Counted from the stretch's first letter, positions 24,391 to 38,400 are shown. The stretch is DNA of 64,000 bases from Callorhinchus milii (GCF_018977255.1 NW_024704742.1:136526001-136590000); one strand, 5' to 3'. Notes: a model not told the origin generated them from the letters alone. Program-made: numbers and translations.

Positions 24391-27300
24391 GGGTTTTCCT
24401 TACGTGACACGCCTCGGTTTACTTAGCAGTAAGTAGGAACCCGGTTGTTTGTCGATTGGTAGATCGCTTTCCGGGGGAAATAATCCCTTCAAAAAATAAC
24501 TAAATAAATAATAATAATACTTAGATTCAGTAACTCGGTAACTCAATCCTCAACTGTTCGTAGGACACCGTCGTGCACAATTGGCTGCCTGTTTTGCCCA
24601 CAAAATATATAGTTAATTCAGTTTACAGTATATTCGGTGAAGCGATTTGAGATGTCTCAGCGACGGGATGAGGCACTGTATCAAATGCAAGCATCATTAC
24701 TAATGACAATTTTATACAATAGGTGGAGTCCTGTAGCTCAGTGGTTAAGAGCACTCGCTTTGCATGCGAGAGACCTGGGTTCGATTCCTTACTCTACACG
24801 CCGAATAATAATCCCTCAAGAAAAAAAAGCAATAATAAATTGGTCACTTCAAACCACGACTGTTTGTGGGACACTGCTGTGTGCTACGGCATTTTGCCCA
24901 CAAAAAATACAGTCAATTCACTTTACAGTCTATTCTGTGAAGCGCTTTGAGACATTTAGAAGATGTGAAAAGCGCTATATCAATTGCAAGGATTATTATT
25001 ATTATTATCTTTTAAGGAGTAACTTGCAGAGGAAAAGGGCAGGAAAATAGGACTGATTGGATTGTTCTTTCAAGGATCCAGCACAGACACCATGGGCTAA
25101 ATGCCCTTCTTCTATGCTGTAGAAATTCTAGGATTGTTTAATTTAGTCTAAATGTAGAAGCTGTGTTTTTCCCTCAGTCCTTAAGAAGAGAAGAGAGTTT
25201 CTCCCAGACTCCTGGCAGTCAATTTCTCCCATATAAAATTGGTCGTTCACTTCATGGCTGTTTGTTGGTTACTGCCGTAAGCAAATTGGCTGCTACGGTC
25301 TTCCACAAAATACACACGCTAAGATTTTCTTGGCTTGGAGATTGATGCGATCCACTCTACTGCCTCTGCCACTTCTACCTCCATCCTCCGCCAACCCATC
25401 TCCCTACACATAATAAAAACAAAAGTCACTGGAAACACTCAGCAGGTCAGGCAGCATCTATGGATAGAGGAAAGTGAGTTAATGTTACTTCCTCTCCCCC
25501 TCATCTTCCGCATGAAACCCACAACAACAACTTGCATTTATATAGCGCCATACACATGGGGTGGTGAATCAGAGTGTTACCATCTCCCTTGATCCCCAGA
25601 TTCATTTTGAGCCCATCTTTGCTCAGCTCCCCATCCCCCAGCGGATCGAGTTCAATCCCACCTTCAAATCCCTCCACTATCTCACCTCACCCTATCTCCG
25701 CAACCTCCTTCACCCTTACCAACCCGGCCTCATCTTGCTCTGCCAATCTCGGCCAACTCGACATGCCCCGCTCTATCTTCCACAACAGCCATTTGGGGGT
25801 CCGTTCTCTGGAACTCCATTCCCAGGTCCCTCCAAATTTCTCCCTCCTCTATTTCAATGCACCCCTCAAGACAACGACAACAACAAATTATATTTACGCT
25901 GCGCCTTTCATGTCAGGAGGACATCCCAAGGCACTGGACAGCCAGAGATTTGGACCTGAGCTAAGGGGGTTTGGATCAGGAGGGCCGGAGGGTAGGTTGG
26001 GTGGGGGTAAGAGGGTGACGGAAGGCACGGTTGAGGAGGAAAATCTTGAGACGAGGTAGGCAAGGGAGCGAGCGAGGTGAAGGAACCGTGGGATGGAGTT
26101 CCAAAGAATGGGGGCAGAGAGGCTGAAGGCCTGACCGCAGATGGTGGGACAGGCCAAGCGGGGGATATGGAGCAGGCCAGAGCCTGCTGAACGGAGAGAG
26201 TGGACAGGTCAACATGGAGTTAGCAGGTCAGAGAGGTAGGGAGGTGCAAGACCATAGACATTTCTCTGCGCTTCCGATCATCATTCACCTCCTCACCCCT
26301 CACCCCTGCTCAACACATTCAGCTCTGGAATTACCAGACGCTTTGAGACATCCTCCTGACATGAAAGGCTGCAATATCTATGTGTAAGTCATATTGTAAT
26401 TGTGAATCAGACTGTATCTCTGTGTGCTGACTGTTCTCAGAGTCCACCTAAATTCCCAACAACATTTTCTTCTTGTTATTACACCAAGGATTCCTGGAAG
26501 GATTAAGGGGGGGCGATGTGGGGGGCCCACTCTCAATTTTAACCAATAAGGGGCTGAATAAAATATTACGATTACTAGAAAGAAACACCCCTGCTTCCTG
26601 AAAGCTTGGCTCAGTTTCTCTTTCTTTGTGTTCCGCACATGTTGCCTATTATGGTTTGGGTCGCTCTGCACTATTTTCTCAATGAGCAGTCAGCTCCACT
26701 TGCAGGGGACAGGACTTTCAGGGGAGAGGAATGTTAATTCACTATAATCTCTCTTCCGTTCTCCCTCTCTGGAGACGCCAAATTCTACCTTATCTCAGCC
26801 AGTGAGACCGTTCTTGATTCATTTCTTAAATTCAGCCTTTGTGACAGTCGCTGTGCGCAATTGTCCGCTATGTTTCACATACTCTGCGAAGCGTTATGAG
26901 ACGTCTCAGAGTCATGATATTCCCTGTTTACTTCTCCACTGCAGTAAAGTGCGTACCAATATGCTCCAGTCTACGTAAGGGTCTACCAAGAGTCAGTGAT
27001 AATAATTATAATGATAATCCTTGCATTTGACTGCATTTAATTCTTGCATCTTTGCGACGTCTCAAAGCGCTTCACAGGATAGACTATAAAGTGAATTGAC
27101 TGTATATTTATGGGCGAAACACGACAGCCAATTGCGGACAGCAGTGTCCCACAAACAGTCGTGGATTGAAATGACCAATTTATTATTATTATTTTTCTTG
27201 AGGGATTATTATCAGACGTATGGAGTAAGGAAACTTGCCCAAGTTTTCACCAGCTGGAAATTGCACCCAGGTTTCTCCCTTGCCAGGCGAGGAACCACTG

Positions 27301-28164
27301 AGCTACAGGAACAACAACTTGCAGTTACATAGCATCTCTCATGCAGGGTAGCGGGTCCCAGAGCGCTTGACAGTGAAGGAGCACGACTCCGAGCTGAGGG
27401 GAGAGAGGTTGACCGTAGGCACGGTCGAAGAGGAAGGTTTTCATGCACGATATGAAGTTGGGGAAGGCAGGAGCAAGGCAGAGGGATAGAGGAAATGTAT
27501 TCCAGAATTTCGGGTCGTAGTGGCTGAAAGTACGGCCACCGATGGTGGAACAGAGGACAAAAAGGACTTGCGGAAGGCCGGAGACAGTCGTGTGGAGGCA
27601 GTGGGCTGCGGGTTGGGGGATAAGCAGGTCAGAGAGGTAAGGAGGCGCTAGGGATTTGAAAACGAGTGTGAGGATCTTGAAATCGATCCGTTCGGTGACA
27701 GGGAGCCGGTGGAACCTGGCTAGTACTGGTGCGATGGGGGTAGGGAGTATTGTTCAGCTTTTCCTATATACACAGCTTTGATATATATATAATATATAAC
27801 TTGTGTTGTGTCAGCCTTGCTCAGTTCATAACACCCTGTTATCAACCACTGCTTCTGTTAAGCCAAATATTCTTTGTGCTCTGAGTAAATAAACACTTTC
27901 AGGCATCTGTCCTAAATTTGCCCTTCACACACTAAACGTATCCCCTTTTGTCATTGTCATTGGGTTTACTTTCTTTATCCATCAGCCATCAGTTTTTCTA
28001 AGCATTGTTTTTTCAAAGCTGAACTAGTTTATCTAGTTATTTCTCATAGTTTATATACTGCTAATACTGAGGATCTGAGCTGAGCTTCTTGTTAAAGGGT
28101 GAATCAGTATCCTGTATTGACTGCTTCTGTTAACCATTTTCATAATGATTTGGATTTTAAAACA

Positions 28165-28678
28165 CTGGTTGGGCCTCAGCGAGAGACTGTGTCCAGTTCT
28201 GGGCACCACACTTTAGGAAGGATGTCAAGGCATCCTTGGGTGATAAGGAGATTTACCAGGAGAGGCGAGAGACGCTAGGATTATTCTCCTTGGAGTAGAC
28301 AAGGTTAAGAGGAGACTTAATAGAAGTTTTCAAAACGATGAGGGGATTCGATGAACAAGGAGAAACTGTTTCCACTGGCGGGTGGGTCGGTAACCCGAGG
28401 ACACCGATTTAAAATAGTTGTTGAAAGAAACAGACGGGAGGTGAGGAGAACTTTTTTCATGGGATCTGGAACTCATTACCTGAAAGGGTGGTGGAAGCCG
28501 ATTAGATAACAACTTTTGAGAGAGAAGTAGATAATTATTTGGGGAGGACAAATTTGCAGGGCTATGGGGAGAGAACGGGGGAGTGGGATTGATTTGGATA
28601 GCTCTTTTCAAAGAGCCGACACAGACACGATGGGCCGAATGGCCTCCTTCTGTGCTGTATAATTCTATGATTCTATAA
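28165..28678 (+). mobile_element. CR1-type LINE 3' end
   Basis: [23 protein letters not shown]; tail GATGGGCCGAATGGCCTCCTTCTGTGCTGTATAATTCTATGATTCT. Confidence 0.88.
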
Positions 28679-28781
28679 TTCAGGTACAGGAGATGCGTTG
28701 TCAAAATTTTGGTTGTTTTGTAAACAGTGGAAGAGGATTATGGAAGAACGCAGCGAGACAAACAGGGTAGCAGAATGGGCA

Positions 28782-28915
28782 AAACACAAAATACTGCAGA
28801 TGCCGGAATCTGAAACAAAAACATAGAGAGACATGGGAACGCTCAGCAGGTCAGGCAGCATCTATGGAGAAAGGAAAGTGAGTCAACGTTTCGGGTCCAC
28901 GACCCTTCGTCAGAA
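28782..28915 (-). mobile_element. Short Penelope-type repeat carrying a minimal hammerhead ribozyme motif
   Basis: Minus strand CTGACGA-A-GGGTC-GTG-GACCC-GAAACGTT; flanked by the direct repeat CAGAATGGGCA. Related copies at 14778-14845, 21548-21850 and 25415-25485. Confidence 0.7.
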
Positions 28916-29764
28916 TGGGCAGACAGGTGGCAGATGAAGTTTAATGTAAGATAATGCAAAAATTCCCTTGGGCAGGTAAAATAAAGAAGCCGTTGAACCC
29001 AGATCTCTCACTTGCGCGGGCCAAATCCAGCCCGTCGGCCGATTTCATCCCCTCCATTTCATGTGACCCATCAATCCCCTCTATAACCTGTAACTGTTAT
29101 AATAATAATCATTGCATTTGATATAGTACCTTATCACTTCTTCGAGATGTCCCAAAACCCTTCACACAATAAACTGTAAAGTGAATTGATGTGTGTATTT
29201 GGTGGATGAAAGCACACAACAGCATTGCACAAACCGTCGTGGATTGAGTGACCAAATTATTATTATTATTTTTTGAAGGAATTATTACAGCCGGAAAAGT
29301 GGTTCACCGATCGACTAACAACTCAGTTCTTACTTAAACAGAGACGTGTGGAGTAAGGAAACATGCCCAACATTTCAGCCTTCCTGGAATTGAACCCAGG
29401 TCCTCTCGCTTGCAAAGCGACTGCTCTAAGCACTGAGCTGACAGGACTCCACCATGTTATGTTATGCTTCTGGAAGGGAAATACAAAAATATTGCTTATG
29501 CAGCTGCGGACTACGCAGTAGGATAGGGAATCCGACCCTCAGCAGCCAGAAGGTTAGTCCAGCTTGAATAGGAATCAAAGAGGAGTAGAGGATCAAAGAA
29601 ATCTGGGGATTCAGATCCACAATCTCTAAAAGTAGCTGCACAGATAGATAAGGCTATATTTAAAAAAAAGGGTCTTGGGCTTTATATCTAGAGGGGTAGA
29701 ATATAAAAGTGAGAAGATGATGTTTTATTTTTTCAAGGGATTATTATTCGAGGCACCTGCTCTA

Positions 29765-30458
29765 ATCATTATTTCCCCGGCCTATCTCTCAAATGTACCG
29801 AATCAGTGCCCCACCTAGACCTCAGGTTCAACCCACAGCTGTCCTTTGTTCTCCACATCCGATCCCTGACCAGGAATATCTTCTTCCAACTCCGCACATT
29901 GCCTGCCTCCGACCGTACCTTACCCCGGACGTGTTTAGCACCTCCCGACTTTGCAAATGCCCTCTTTGCTGTTCTCCCCAACTCCACCATGCCCAGGATC
30001 CAGCTCATCCAAACCTCCGCTGCCCACATACTCCTCCGTACTAAACTCCGTACCCCCATCTCACCAGTTCTTGCCAGAATCCACTGGCCTCTTATCGCCA
30101 AATGGACCGACTTCAAGATCCTCGCACTCATTTTCAAATCCCTTCGCTCCCTGGCACCTCCCTACCTCTCCGACCTGCTTACCCCAACAACCCACTGCCT
30201 CCCCTCGACTGGCTCCGGCCTTCTGCAAGTCCCTCGTACCCTCCGTTTCACCATTGGTGGCCGCGCTTTCAGCCGCTACGCCCTGAAACTCTGGAACACT
30301 CTTCCTCTATCCCTTCGTCTTGTCCCATCCTTCCCCATTTTCAAGTCGCGCCTGAAGATTTTCCTATTCAACCGTGCCTAAGGTCACCTCCCCCACTGTC
30401 AAGCGCTCTGGGACGCTAGCCTGCATGAGGAGCGTTATATAAATTAGAGTTGTTGTGG
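29765..30458 (+). mobile_element. L2 3' fragment, second lineage (tail CTCTGGGACGCTA.CCTGC.TGAGG.GCG)
   Basis: IQLIQTSAAHIL...IHWP...FKILAL...LWNTLP; related copies at 27310-27760, 36386-36660, 51230-51625 and 61665-62810. Confidence 0.85.
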
Positions 30459-33279
30459 TACACTGCAGGACTTTATGAGTAACCAATGTGGACAGAATGG
30501 GCCAACAGTCTATGTCTATTGGGGTGGGGAGGGTAATTGTGACCATATGCCATCTTGCTGCTCTGGGAATTAGAATGTACAGCAACGCATTCTGTTACGT
30601 CTACTCTCGTGACCGCATGATCTGCCTGCGTTGAATCCCACAAGTATAGCTCATAGCTCAGTCCCTTAGCAGAAGCATTTGTACAAAATATGTGTTGGGA
30701 CATGGCCAAAGCAACAAAGCATTGACCCTGGGCAACACATTTGATGCAGCGCCTTATCATTTCTTCAGGGCGTCTCACAGAATATGCCGGATATTTTGTG
30801 GGCGAAACACGGCAGACAATTCTCGTGGATTGAGTAACCCAAATTTTTTTNCGTTAAAATATTCTTGGAAGGGATTATTACTCCCGGGAAAGCGATCTGC
30901 TAATTGACTAACAACCGGGTTCCAACTTGCTGCTGGGTAAATAGAGGCGTGCGGAGTAAGGAAACTTGCCCAAGGTTTTGTCCTGCCCGGGAATCGAACC
31001 CGTGTCCTCTTGTATAGCAAGGCGAGTAGCTGATATGCTACAGGACTCCACAAAGTACAGAGCGCTTTCCCAATCTTCCCTTCCAGTGCCAAAATATGGA
31101 AACAATAAAGCTGTTGTTTGCAGGCACAAACACACGCACAAATAATACAGCCCCCAACACGGAAAGTATTAACATTAGTTAACATCTACTTCTCCTACAT
31201 TACCTGTCTCTATTTGTCTCCCTCTCTTTCTCGCTCTCCCTCTCTCTCATGCTCTCACTTGCTCTCTTACAAAGAACTTACCTCTGTGTAAAAAAAAGTA
31301 CTTTCTGGCGATTGCCCTGAAATTGCCCTTTGCAACTATAAACCTATGGCTTCTTCTTCTGCTGACTCGATGCATCTGAACATATTGTTCTTAAATTGCT
31401 TTCTCAATCCCATTTGAAATCTTATCTAACTCTGTAAGGTGCCCCATGGCGACAACTCTTTTCATACTTATCTAATCGTTGCTCATTGCTCACCCCACTG
31501 ACACTTTCTTTGTTGGCCAGACAAGTGTCTCACACATGTGGAAACCCCTCACCGTGCTCAATGCCAATAATAATGATAATAATCCTTGCGTTTGAAATAG
31601 CGTCTTATCATCTCTTCGAAACGTTTCAAAACGCTTCACAGATTATCCTATTAAGGGAATTGACTGTATATTTTGTGGGCGAAACGCAGCAGCCAATTAT
31701 GCACGGCAGTGTCCCACAAACAGTCGTGGATTGAGTGACCAAATTATTTATTTCTTGAAGGGATTATTACCCCCGGAAAAGTGGTCTGCCAATTGACTGC
31801 AGCTAGGTAAACAGAGACATGTGGGGTAAGGAAACCTGCCTAATGTTTCACCCTGCCTGGGAATCGAACCCAGGTTAGCATGTGAATGGGATTACCAAAG
31901 CCACCTTCAAAGTCCTTCAGCAACAGCAATCCTGTAGCTCAGCAGTTAGAGCACTTGCCTCGCAGCGAGAGGCCTGGGTTCGATTCCTGGGCAGAGCGAA
32001 ACGTTGGGCACGTTCCCTTACTCCACACGCCTCTGTTTACTTAGCAGTAAGTAGGAACCCAGTTGTTAGTCGATTGCTTTTCTGGGGGTAATAATTCCTT
32101 AAATTTTTTTTAAATGTGATCCCCTTTCTTACATTTCTCCTTCTACTTGGCTTGGTTACCGGTGTTTTCCGAGCATTTTCAGTGGCTTTGAGCTCACGGC
32201 CCAGGCTGATGCTCCAGGGCAGTGCTGAGGGGAGCATGACATTGTCGGAGGTGCTTTCCTTCGGACGATAAGTTACACCAAGTCTCATCACAGTCCTGTC
32301 AGTTAAGTGGCTTCAGCTGGTTAAACTCCACCAGTACCCTCTGGGGCCCCTCACAGATAAAATCACTTCAATGGTTGCGGGGAATTGCCGTGTACAAATT
32401 TATTGGTCATCTGCAAAATACGCAGTGAGTACACACTACAGTAAATCCAGCAAACCACTTTGAGGCACTATAGCAAATGCAAGGATCATTATTGTTGATG
32501 GGCGCTTTGCGACGTGCTAATGCTAATTATCAAATGCAAGGATTAGTCATCATCGTATTTGATATAGCGCCTTATCATGTTCTCTGGCCCACTGCTGTGA
32601 GCTGGTTACTCGCAATCAATGTACAATCATTCCCCAACAAAACAAAAAACCAGTTTGATGTGCAACACAGGTTTTGCATGAGAGCTCCAATGGGATGCTT
32701 GCCAGCAAATGGTTGGAGTCCTGTAGTGTGGTGGTTTGAGCGCTCGCCTCACAAGCGAGAGGACCTGGGTTCGATTCCCAGGCAGGGCAAAACCTTAGGC
32801 AGGTCTCCTTACTCCACACGCCTCTGTTTAACTAGCAATAAGTAGGAACCCGGTTGTTAGTCAATTGGCGGATCACTTTCCGGGGGTAACAATCTCTTAA
32901 AAAAATATAAATAATAATTTCATTCAATCCACGACTGTTTGTGGGACGCCGTTGTGCAGAATTGGCTGCCGCATTTTGCCCACAAAATATACAGGCAATT
33001 CACTTTACAATATATTCTGTGAAGCGCTTTGAGACATCTCAACAATGTGGAAAGGCGCTGGATCAAACGGAAGGATTATTATTAAGCGCTCTGGGACAAT
33101 ATCCGCTCGAAGGGCGCTATATGAATGCAACTTGTTGTTAATATTCAATGGCAAGTTAAGTGGCTTCAGCTGGTTAAACTCCACCAGTACCCTCTGGGGC
33201 CCCCAAGCCTTAGCTCTTGCCAACCCTTGCTTAATACTCTCCAGATTTAGATAAATATGGCATATCCCCCTGGGGAGAG

Positions 33280-34045
33280 AGCGAGCATTCCATCATCCAT
33301 AAGAACATAAGAATTGTTCGACAGTCGATCACGCCATCCTCCTCCACCGCTTCTCCTCCCTCATTCAACTTAGTGGGACGCTCTCGCATGGTTCGAGTCC
33401 TACTTAACCAACCGCCAACCGCCAACATTTCATCTCGGCAAATGGTTTCTCCTCACGCCCTCACCAGGTCACCGCGGGGTATCTCAGGGCTCCATCCTTG
33501 GCCCTATTCCTTTGCTTATCTACACACTACCTCTCGGTGATGTCATCCAGTGTTTGCGGTTGACACCCAAATCTACTTCTCTTCCAGCTGCGACTCTTGC
33601 CTGATAAAAAAAAATGTAAAGAGTCACAGCTTGTTTGACGGACTTCAATGTCAGGATAAGCACAAATTTCCTGCAGCTGAATGTCGGCAAGACGGAAGCC
33701 ATACTCTTTGGCTCCCGTCAACGTCTTCTCTCCTGCAGGTCTGAACTCCTCAACCACCACCCCCCCCCCACTTCCAGGCTCTCCCACAGACTCTTCAAAC
33801 CCACGTGCAATTTAGGTGTCAAGTTCGATCCCCAGCTTTCTTTCCCCCCGCACATCCATTCCCTGACCAGGACCACTTTCTTCCACCTCCGACACATTGC
33901 CACTTCACAACCGACACAGCTGAGTTAGGGTTAGTCACTTCCCGGCTGGACTATCCCAATGCCCTCCTCGCTGGTTTCACCAGCTCCGCCATACACAAAA
34001 TCCAATCCATTCAAAACTCCGCCACCCGGATACTGACAAAACACC
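33280..34045 (+). mobile_element. Degraded L2 RT fragment
   Basis: QGSILGP, NFLQLNVGKTEAILFG, NLGVKFD, SRLDYPNALL. Confidence 0.85.
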
Positions 34046-34137
34046 ATAGCATGAAGCATGGTGATGGGTTTCCGCCAGATAAAAGAAACACTGTAAAACG
34101 TCACAGAATCCATACCCCCGTTACTCAAAAATATTTT

Positions 34138-34143
34138 TTTATT
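34138..34143 (-). terminator. Candidate polyadenylation signal (AATAAA) of the LIPG-like gene
   Basis: AATAAA on the minus strand ~1.3 kb past the predicted stop, followed by GT/T-rich sequence (gtgtttctttt). Confidence 0.45.
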
Positions 34144-34399
34144 TTATATGCACATCATAAACATTAACATAAATAGAATCGAACGGGAAAAAAATCTACG
34201 GATCAATCCAACATGTACAAAATTGAGGAGATACAATATATACAAACAGGACTATGTAACAAGAGTTTTGAACATTATATTACCATCAGCACAAAAATGT
34301 CAACAACAACTTGCATTTGTATCAACACATATCAATGCAAACAACAGCACAGCTCATAGCATTGGCGAATGGTGCCATAAGGAGTGTATAATGAATGGA

Positions 34400-35320
34400 C
34401 GTGAGAAATCAGGGGAGAGAGAAAGAGAGAGGACTGTTAGGAAGGAAGAAAGAGAAGGGGAGGTAGAGAGAGGGAGGGGGATAGATGGAGATAAAGGTCT
34501 CACTCTTTCAAGGCTATCTTACCATCACAATTGTAGACTAAACAAGGAAAGGAGAGGAAGAGAGGTCATAAAGGGGGAGAGAGAGAGAGAGAGAGAAGGA
34601 AGAGAAGAAACAAAGTGATAGAAGGAGTAGGGAGGCACGGCAGAGGAGATGAGAGAGGTAGAGAGAGAGAAGGGGGGGAAGGAAGAGAAAGAGTGGGAGT
34701 GAAGGAGGTGGGGGTGGGGGGAGAAAGAAAAACAACAACTTGTGCATTTATATTGCGCTCTTCATGTGGGTGTAGGCTCTCAGGGTGTTGAAGAAAAAGA
34801 GGGGGAGGGAGAAGAGAGAGGGAAGAGGCTCTAAATAGAGGGAGAGAGGGGGATTGCAGAGAGTGTAGGAGTGGGAGTAAGAGGAGGTGAGAGGAGGAAG
34901 GAGTGCGCGGAGAGAGGGAGAGAGGAATTCCAGAGAGTGTAGGAGTGAGAGAGGAAGTGAGGAGAGAGAGGAGGAATTGTAGGCAGAGTAGGAGCAAGAG
35001 TGAGGGAGAGAGTGGGGGTGGGAGGGAGAGGAGTGGAGGGGAATATGGGCATCGATAGTTGTGGTGCATCATTGTGGTGCTTCCATCAATACCAGAGCTC
35101 AGAGTCCATATTGCATCAAACAAGGTGACTGGAGAAATGACAACCAACGAGCGGGTGAGGAAAGGTTCTCAGGGCATTGAAGAAAAATAGGGGGAGGGGA
35201 AAGAGGGTGCAAATAGAGGGAGAGAGGGGGATTGCAGAGAGTGTAGGAGTGGGAGTGAGCGGAAATGAGGAGGGAAGAGAGGAGGAGGGAGGAGAGTGCG
35301 GAGAGAGGGAGAGACAGAGT
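34400..35320. repeat. GA-rich low-complexity tract with internal duplications, in the predicted 3' UTR
   Basis: AAATAGAGGGAGAGAGGGGGATTGCAGAGAGTGTAGGAGTGGGAGT occurs at ~34833 and ~35211. Confidence 0.75.
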
Positions 35321-35476
35321 GTGACAACTTTGTGACGGGCATCAGGGAGAGGAATCGCGTCAGTGAAAGGTCACGGCATCCGGTCACAACCGCAGGTTTG
35401 GGCGGTAGGAGGAGAGCAGGGGAGGGTGAGGGAGAAAGTTCTCTCTCGTCCTTCCAAGGTCATCTTGTCCACGACG

Positions 35477-35489
35477 CTACACGTTCAGA
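35477..35489 (-). CDS. LIPG: Probable LIPG-like exon 10, coding part (S-L-N-V-stop) followed by 3' UTR
   Basis: Strong acceptor ttattcttgttttccttgtatag|TCTGAACGTGTAG in the correct phase 2; LIPG/LPL have a short terminal coding exon. Not verifiable without RNA data. Confidence 0.6.
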
Positions 35490-38400
35490 CTATACAAGGA
35501 AAACAAGAATAAATAACGTTACATTGAAAGAAAAAGGAACACATTCCATGTCTTACTGAAGCAATGGTGTTTAGATGTGTTTGGAAATAACAACAACAAA
35601 CAACAACAAAATTACATTTATAGAGCGCCTTTCACATCGGGAGGACATCCCACGCACTGGACAGACTGGGGTTGGGATCCGAGGAGGGGGAAGGGGTGGG
35701 GTAGGGGTGAGGGAAGGCAGAGAGGTGGGAGGGCAACCGAAGGCACGATCGAAAAGAGACCGGCCTTGAAGGAGGTAAAGGACTGTGGGATGGAGTTCCA
35801 GAGTGTGGGGGCAGAGAGGCTGAAAGCCCAGCCACCGATGGTAGAGCGGGTCGGGCGGGAGACATGGAGGGAGCGGGCAGATTGGTAGGGTGTCAACAGG
35901 TCAGAGTGGTGGGAGGGGGCAAGGCCATGGATGGCCTTGAAAGTGAGGACGAGGATCTTGAATTCGATCCGCTGGGGGATGGGGAGCCAGTGGAGTCGGG
36001 CGAGGGTGGGAGAGATGGGGTCACGGAGCCTGGTGCGCAAGAGTACACGAGCTGCAGAGTTTTGGATGATCTGCAGTTTGTGAAGGGAAGAGTTGGGAAG
36101 GCCGATGAGGAGGGAGTTTCCATAATCGAGCCTTGAGGTGAAGAATACGTGGGTGAGGGTTTGGGCAGCCTGAGGGGTGAGGCAGTGGCGGAGTCTGGCA
36201 ATGTTGCGGAGGTGGTGGTAGGCAGTGCCGGGAGCCGGGAAATAACATCTCCCCCGATCCTCCCCACCGACATTGGAATAATGGCAACCCCAAACCTGGT
36301 TGAGAAGCCCTGGGTTCTGCCACCTTGGATGATGGTTAGAGGGGGATCATTCTCAAGCAGCAAATAAAAAGATCTCTCCAACTTTAACCAACAACAACTT
36401 GCATTTATATAGCGCCCCTCACGCAGGGTAGCGTCCCAGAGCACTTGACACTGGTGTAGCACAACACCAAGTTGAGGGAGATGACCGTAGGCACGGTCAA
36501 AGAGGAAGGCCTTCAGGCGTAACCTGAAGATGGGGAAGGAAGGGGCAAGGTGGAGGGATCGAGGAAGAGTGTTCCAGAGTTTTGGGGCATAGCGGCTGAA
36601 AGTGTGGCCACCGGTGGTAGAACAGTGGGCACGAGGGACATGCAGGAGGCTGGAGCTAGTCAAGAGGAAAGGTCCCTGGGTCTTACTTTGAACGACAACA
36701 TTTTCAGTACAAACTCATGCTACTATATTCGAAAGTGGAGATGGGGCAAGTTTCTGAACACATTTTAACGCCGTTCATTAATAGTGACATTCCACTAAAA
36801 TAAATGTGGCCACTCAATCCGCGACTGTTTGTGGGACTCCGCTGTGCACAATTGGCCGGTGAGTTTCCCCCACAAAATACTTTACAATATATTCTGTGAA
36901 GCGCCTTGAGGAGCCTCAACAATGTGCTAAGGCGCTGTATGAAACGCAAGGATTATAACTCAAGACCGGAATATCACTCCATCTCACTCCACATCCAACC
37001 TCCCAAACCACCTACAGGAACAATGTGGGTGGGAGCAGACGTAAGAACTTGTTGGCGAAAGAAGACCCAAGGTCTATCCAGTTCGCCTTCCACCACCCTG
37101 GCAGTCGCACGTCATGTCCCAAACTATATATTGTATCCTGAAATATTTATAAGGATAAATATCCTTATTTTTGCTGGACAATTTCTTCATCTTGTTCCCC
37201 ATCACAGAAAAGAATCTGGTGTGTTACCTAGTTTTGTTTGTAGCCTTGCCCATGCATTTGACGAACAGCATTTCATTTCCTGGGGTGATTTTCAGGGCGG
37301 AGGAGTTGGCTGCACAAAACACGTATCTGCAAACATAAACCCAGAGGTTAGTTACAAGAGTAGGTGGAGCATGCAATGGGGAGAGATCAGGGAATGGGGT
37401 TAAGAGTACAGAGCTCCAGCACAGATACGATGGAGGAGAATAGAGATTGGGGTTAGAATAGAGAGATCCAGTTAACAAGGGTTCAATGACCCCCTCTTCT
37501 CTCCCCACAAAACTCCCCCTCCCTCCTTGGTCAACAGCAATTGGAGCTTCGTTTCGCCCACAAAATATACAGTCAATTCACTTTACAGTATAGTCTGTGA
37601 AGCGCTTTGAGACGTCTCGAAGACTTGATAAGGCTCTAAATCAAATGCAAGGATTATTATTATTATTATTACTACTCACTTTTTCTGCAATTCACCAGAT
37701 TTGATGCGAAGTTTTCTGATCTCCATCTCGGGCATGTCGTTGTGTGTCGTCTTGGAAAAGAAGTTTGTGATCCTTCCCCACAGCGAACTCCACGTGTTAG
37801 CCGTTCCCTCCCATCTCAGCTTAATCCTCAGCAAGTCCCCAATGTCATCCTCACAATACACCAGGAAAGAGTTGGTCTGGTTTATGGAGAAATTTTCTGC
37901 CCTGGAAATCACACAGGAGGGGGTGGGGTGGGTGGGGGGAACGAATTAAAAATCATAAAAATCACAGAAATCACAAGATATCATAGACTTCACAAGGGTG
38001 GGGGAGGGGGGGGGAATCGTAAAAAAAAAAAATCGCAGAAATTCCCCCCAAAATCATTGAAATCAGGGGAAATTGTAAAAAAAATTAAAGGAATCAGGAG
38101 AATTGCAAAAAATTCATCCAAAAAACACAAGATTTTTTTTTTTGGTGGTGGGGGTGGGTGGGTGTAACGTCAATGTGATGGAGAGCGGGGAGGACAGTGT
38201 GGCTGATCCAAGCCGGGGTCACAATCTAATCACAGGAAAACTTTCTTTGGGGTCTGTTTTACACCTTCCCACTCACCCCACATAATCCCAACTACCCACC
38301 CGACACATAATCGCCCTCAACTCCAACACAAAACACACCCTCGTCTCTCCCCCCCCAAACACACACACACACACAAACAATCACCCTCATTCCCCACTCC

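Noticed and set aside
1..34000. Exons of a neighbouring gene such as ACAA2
   Set aside because: No recognisable protein motifs or consistent exon chain in the unique islands examined (e.g. 16160-16245, 17517-17680); small exons cannot be excluded.
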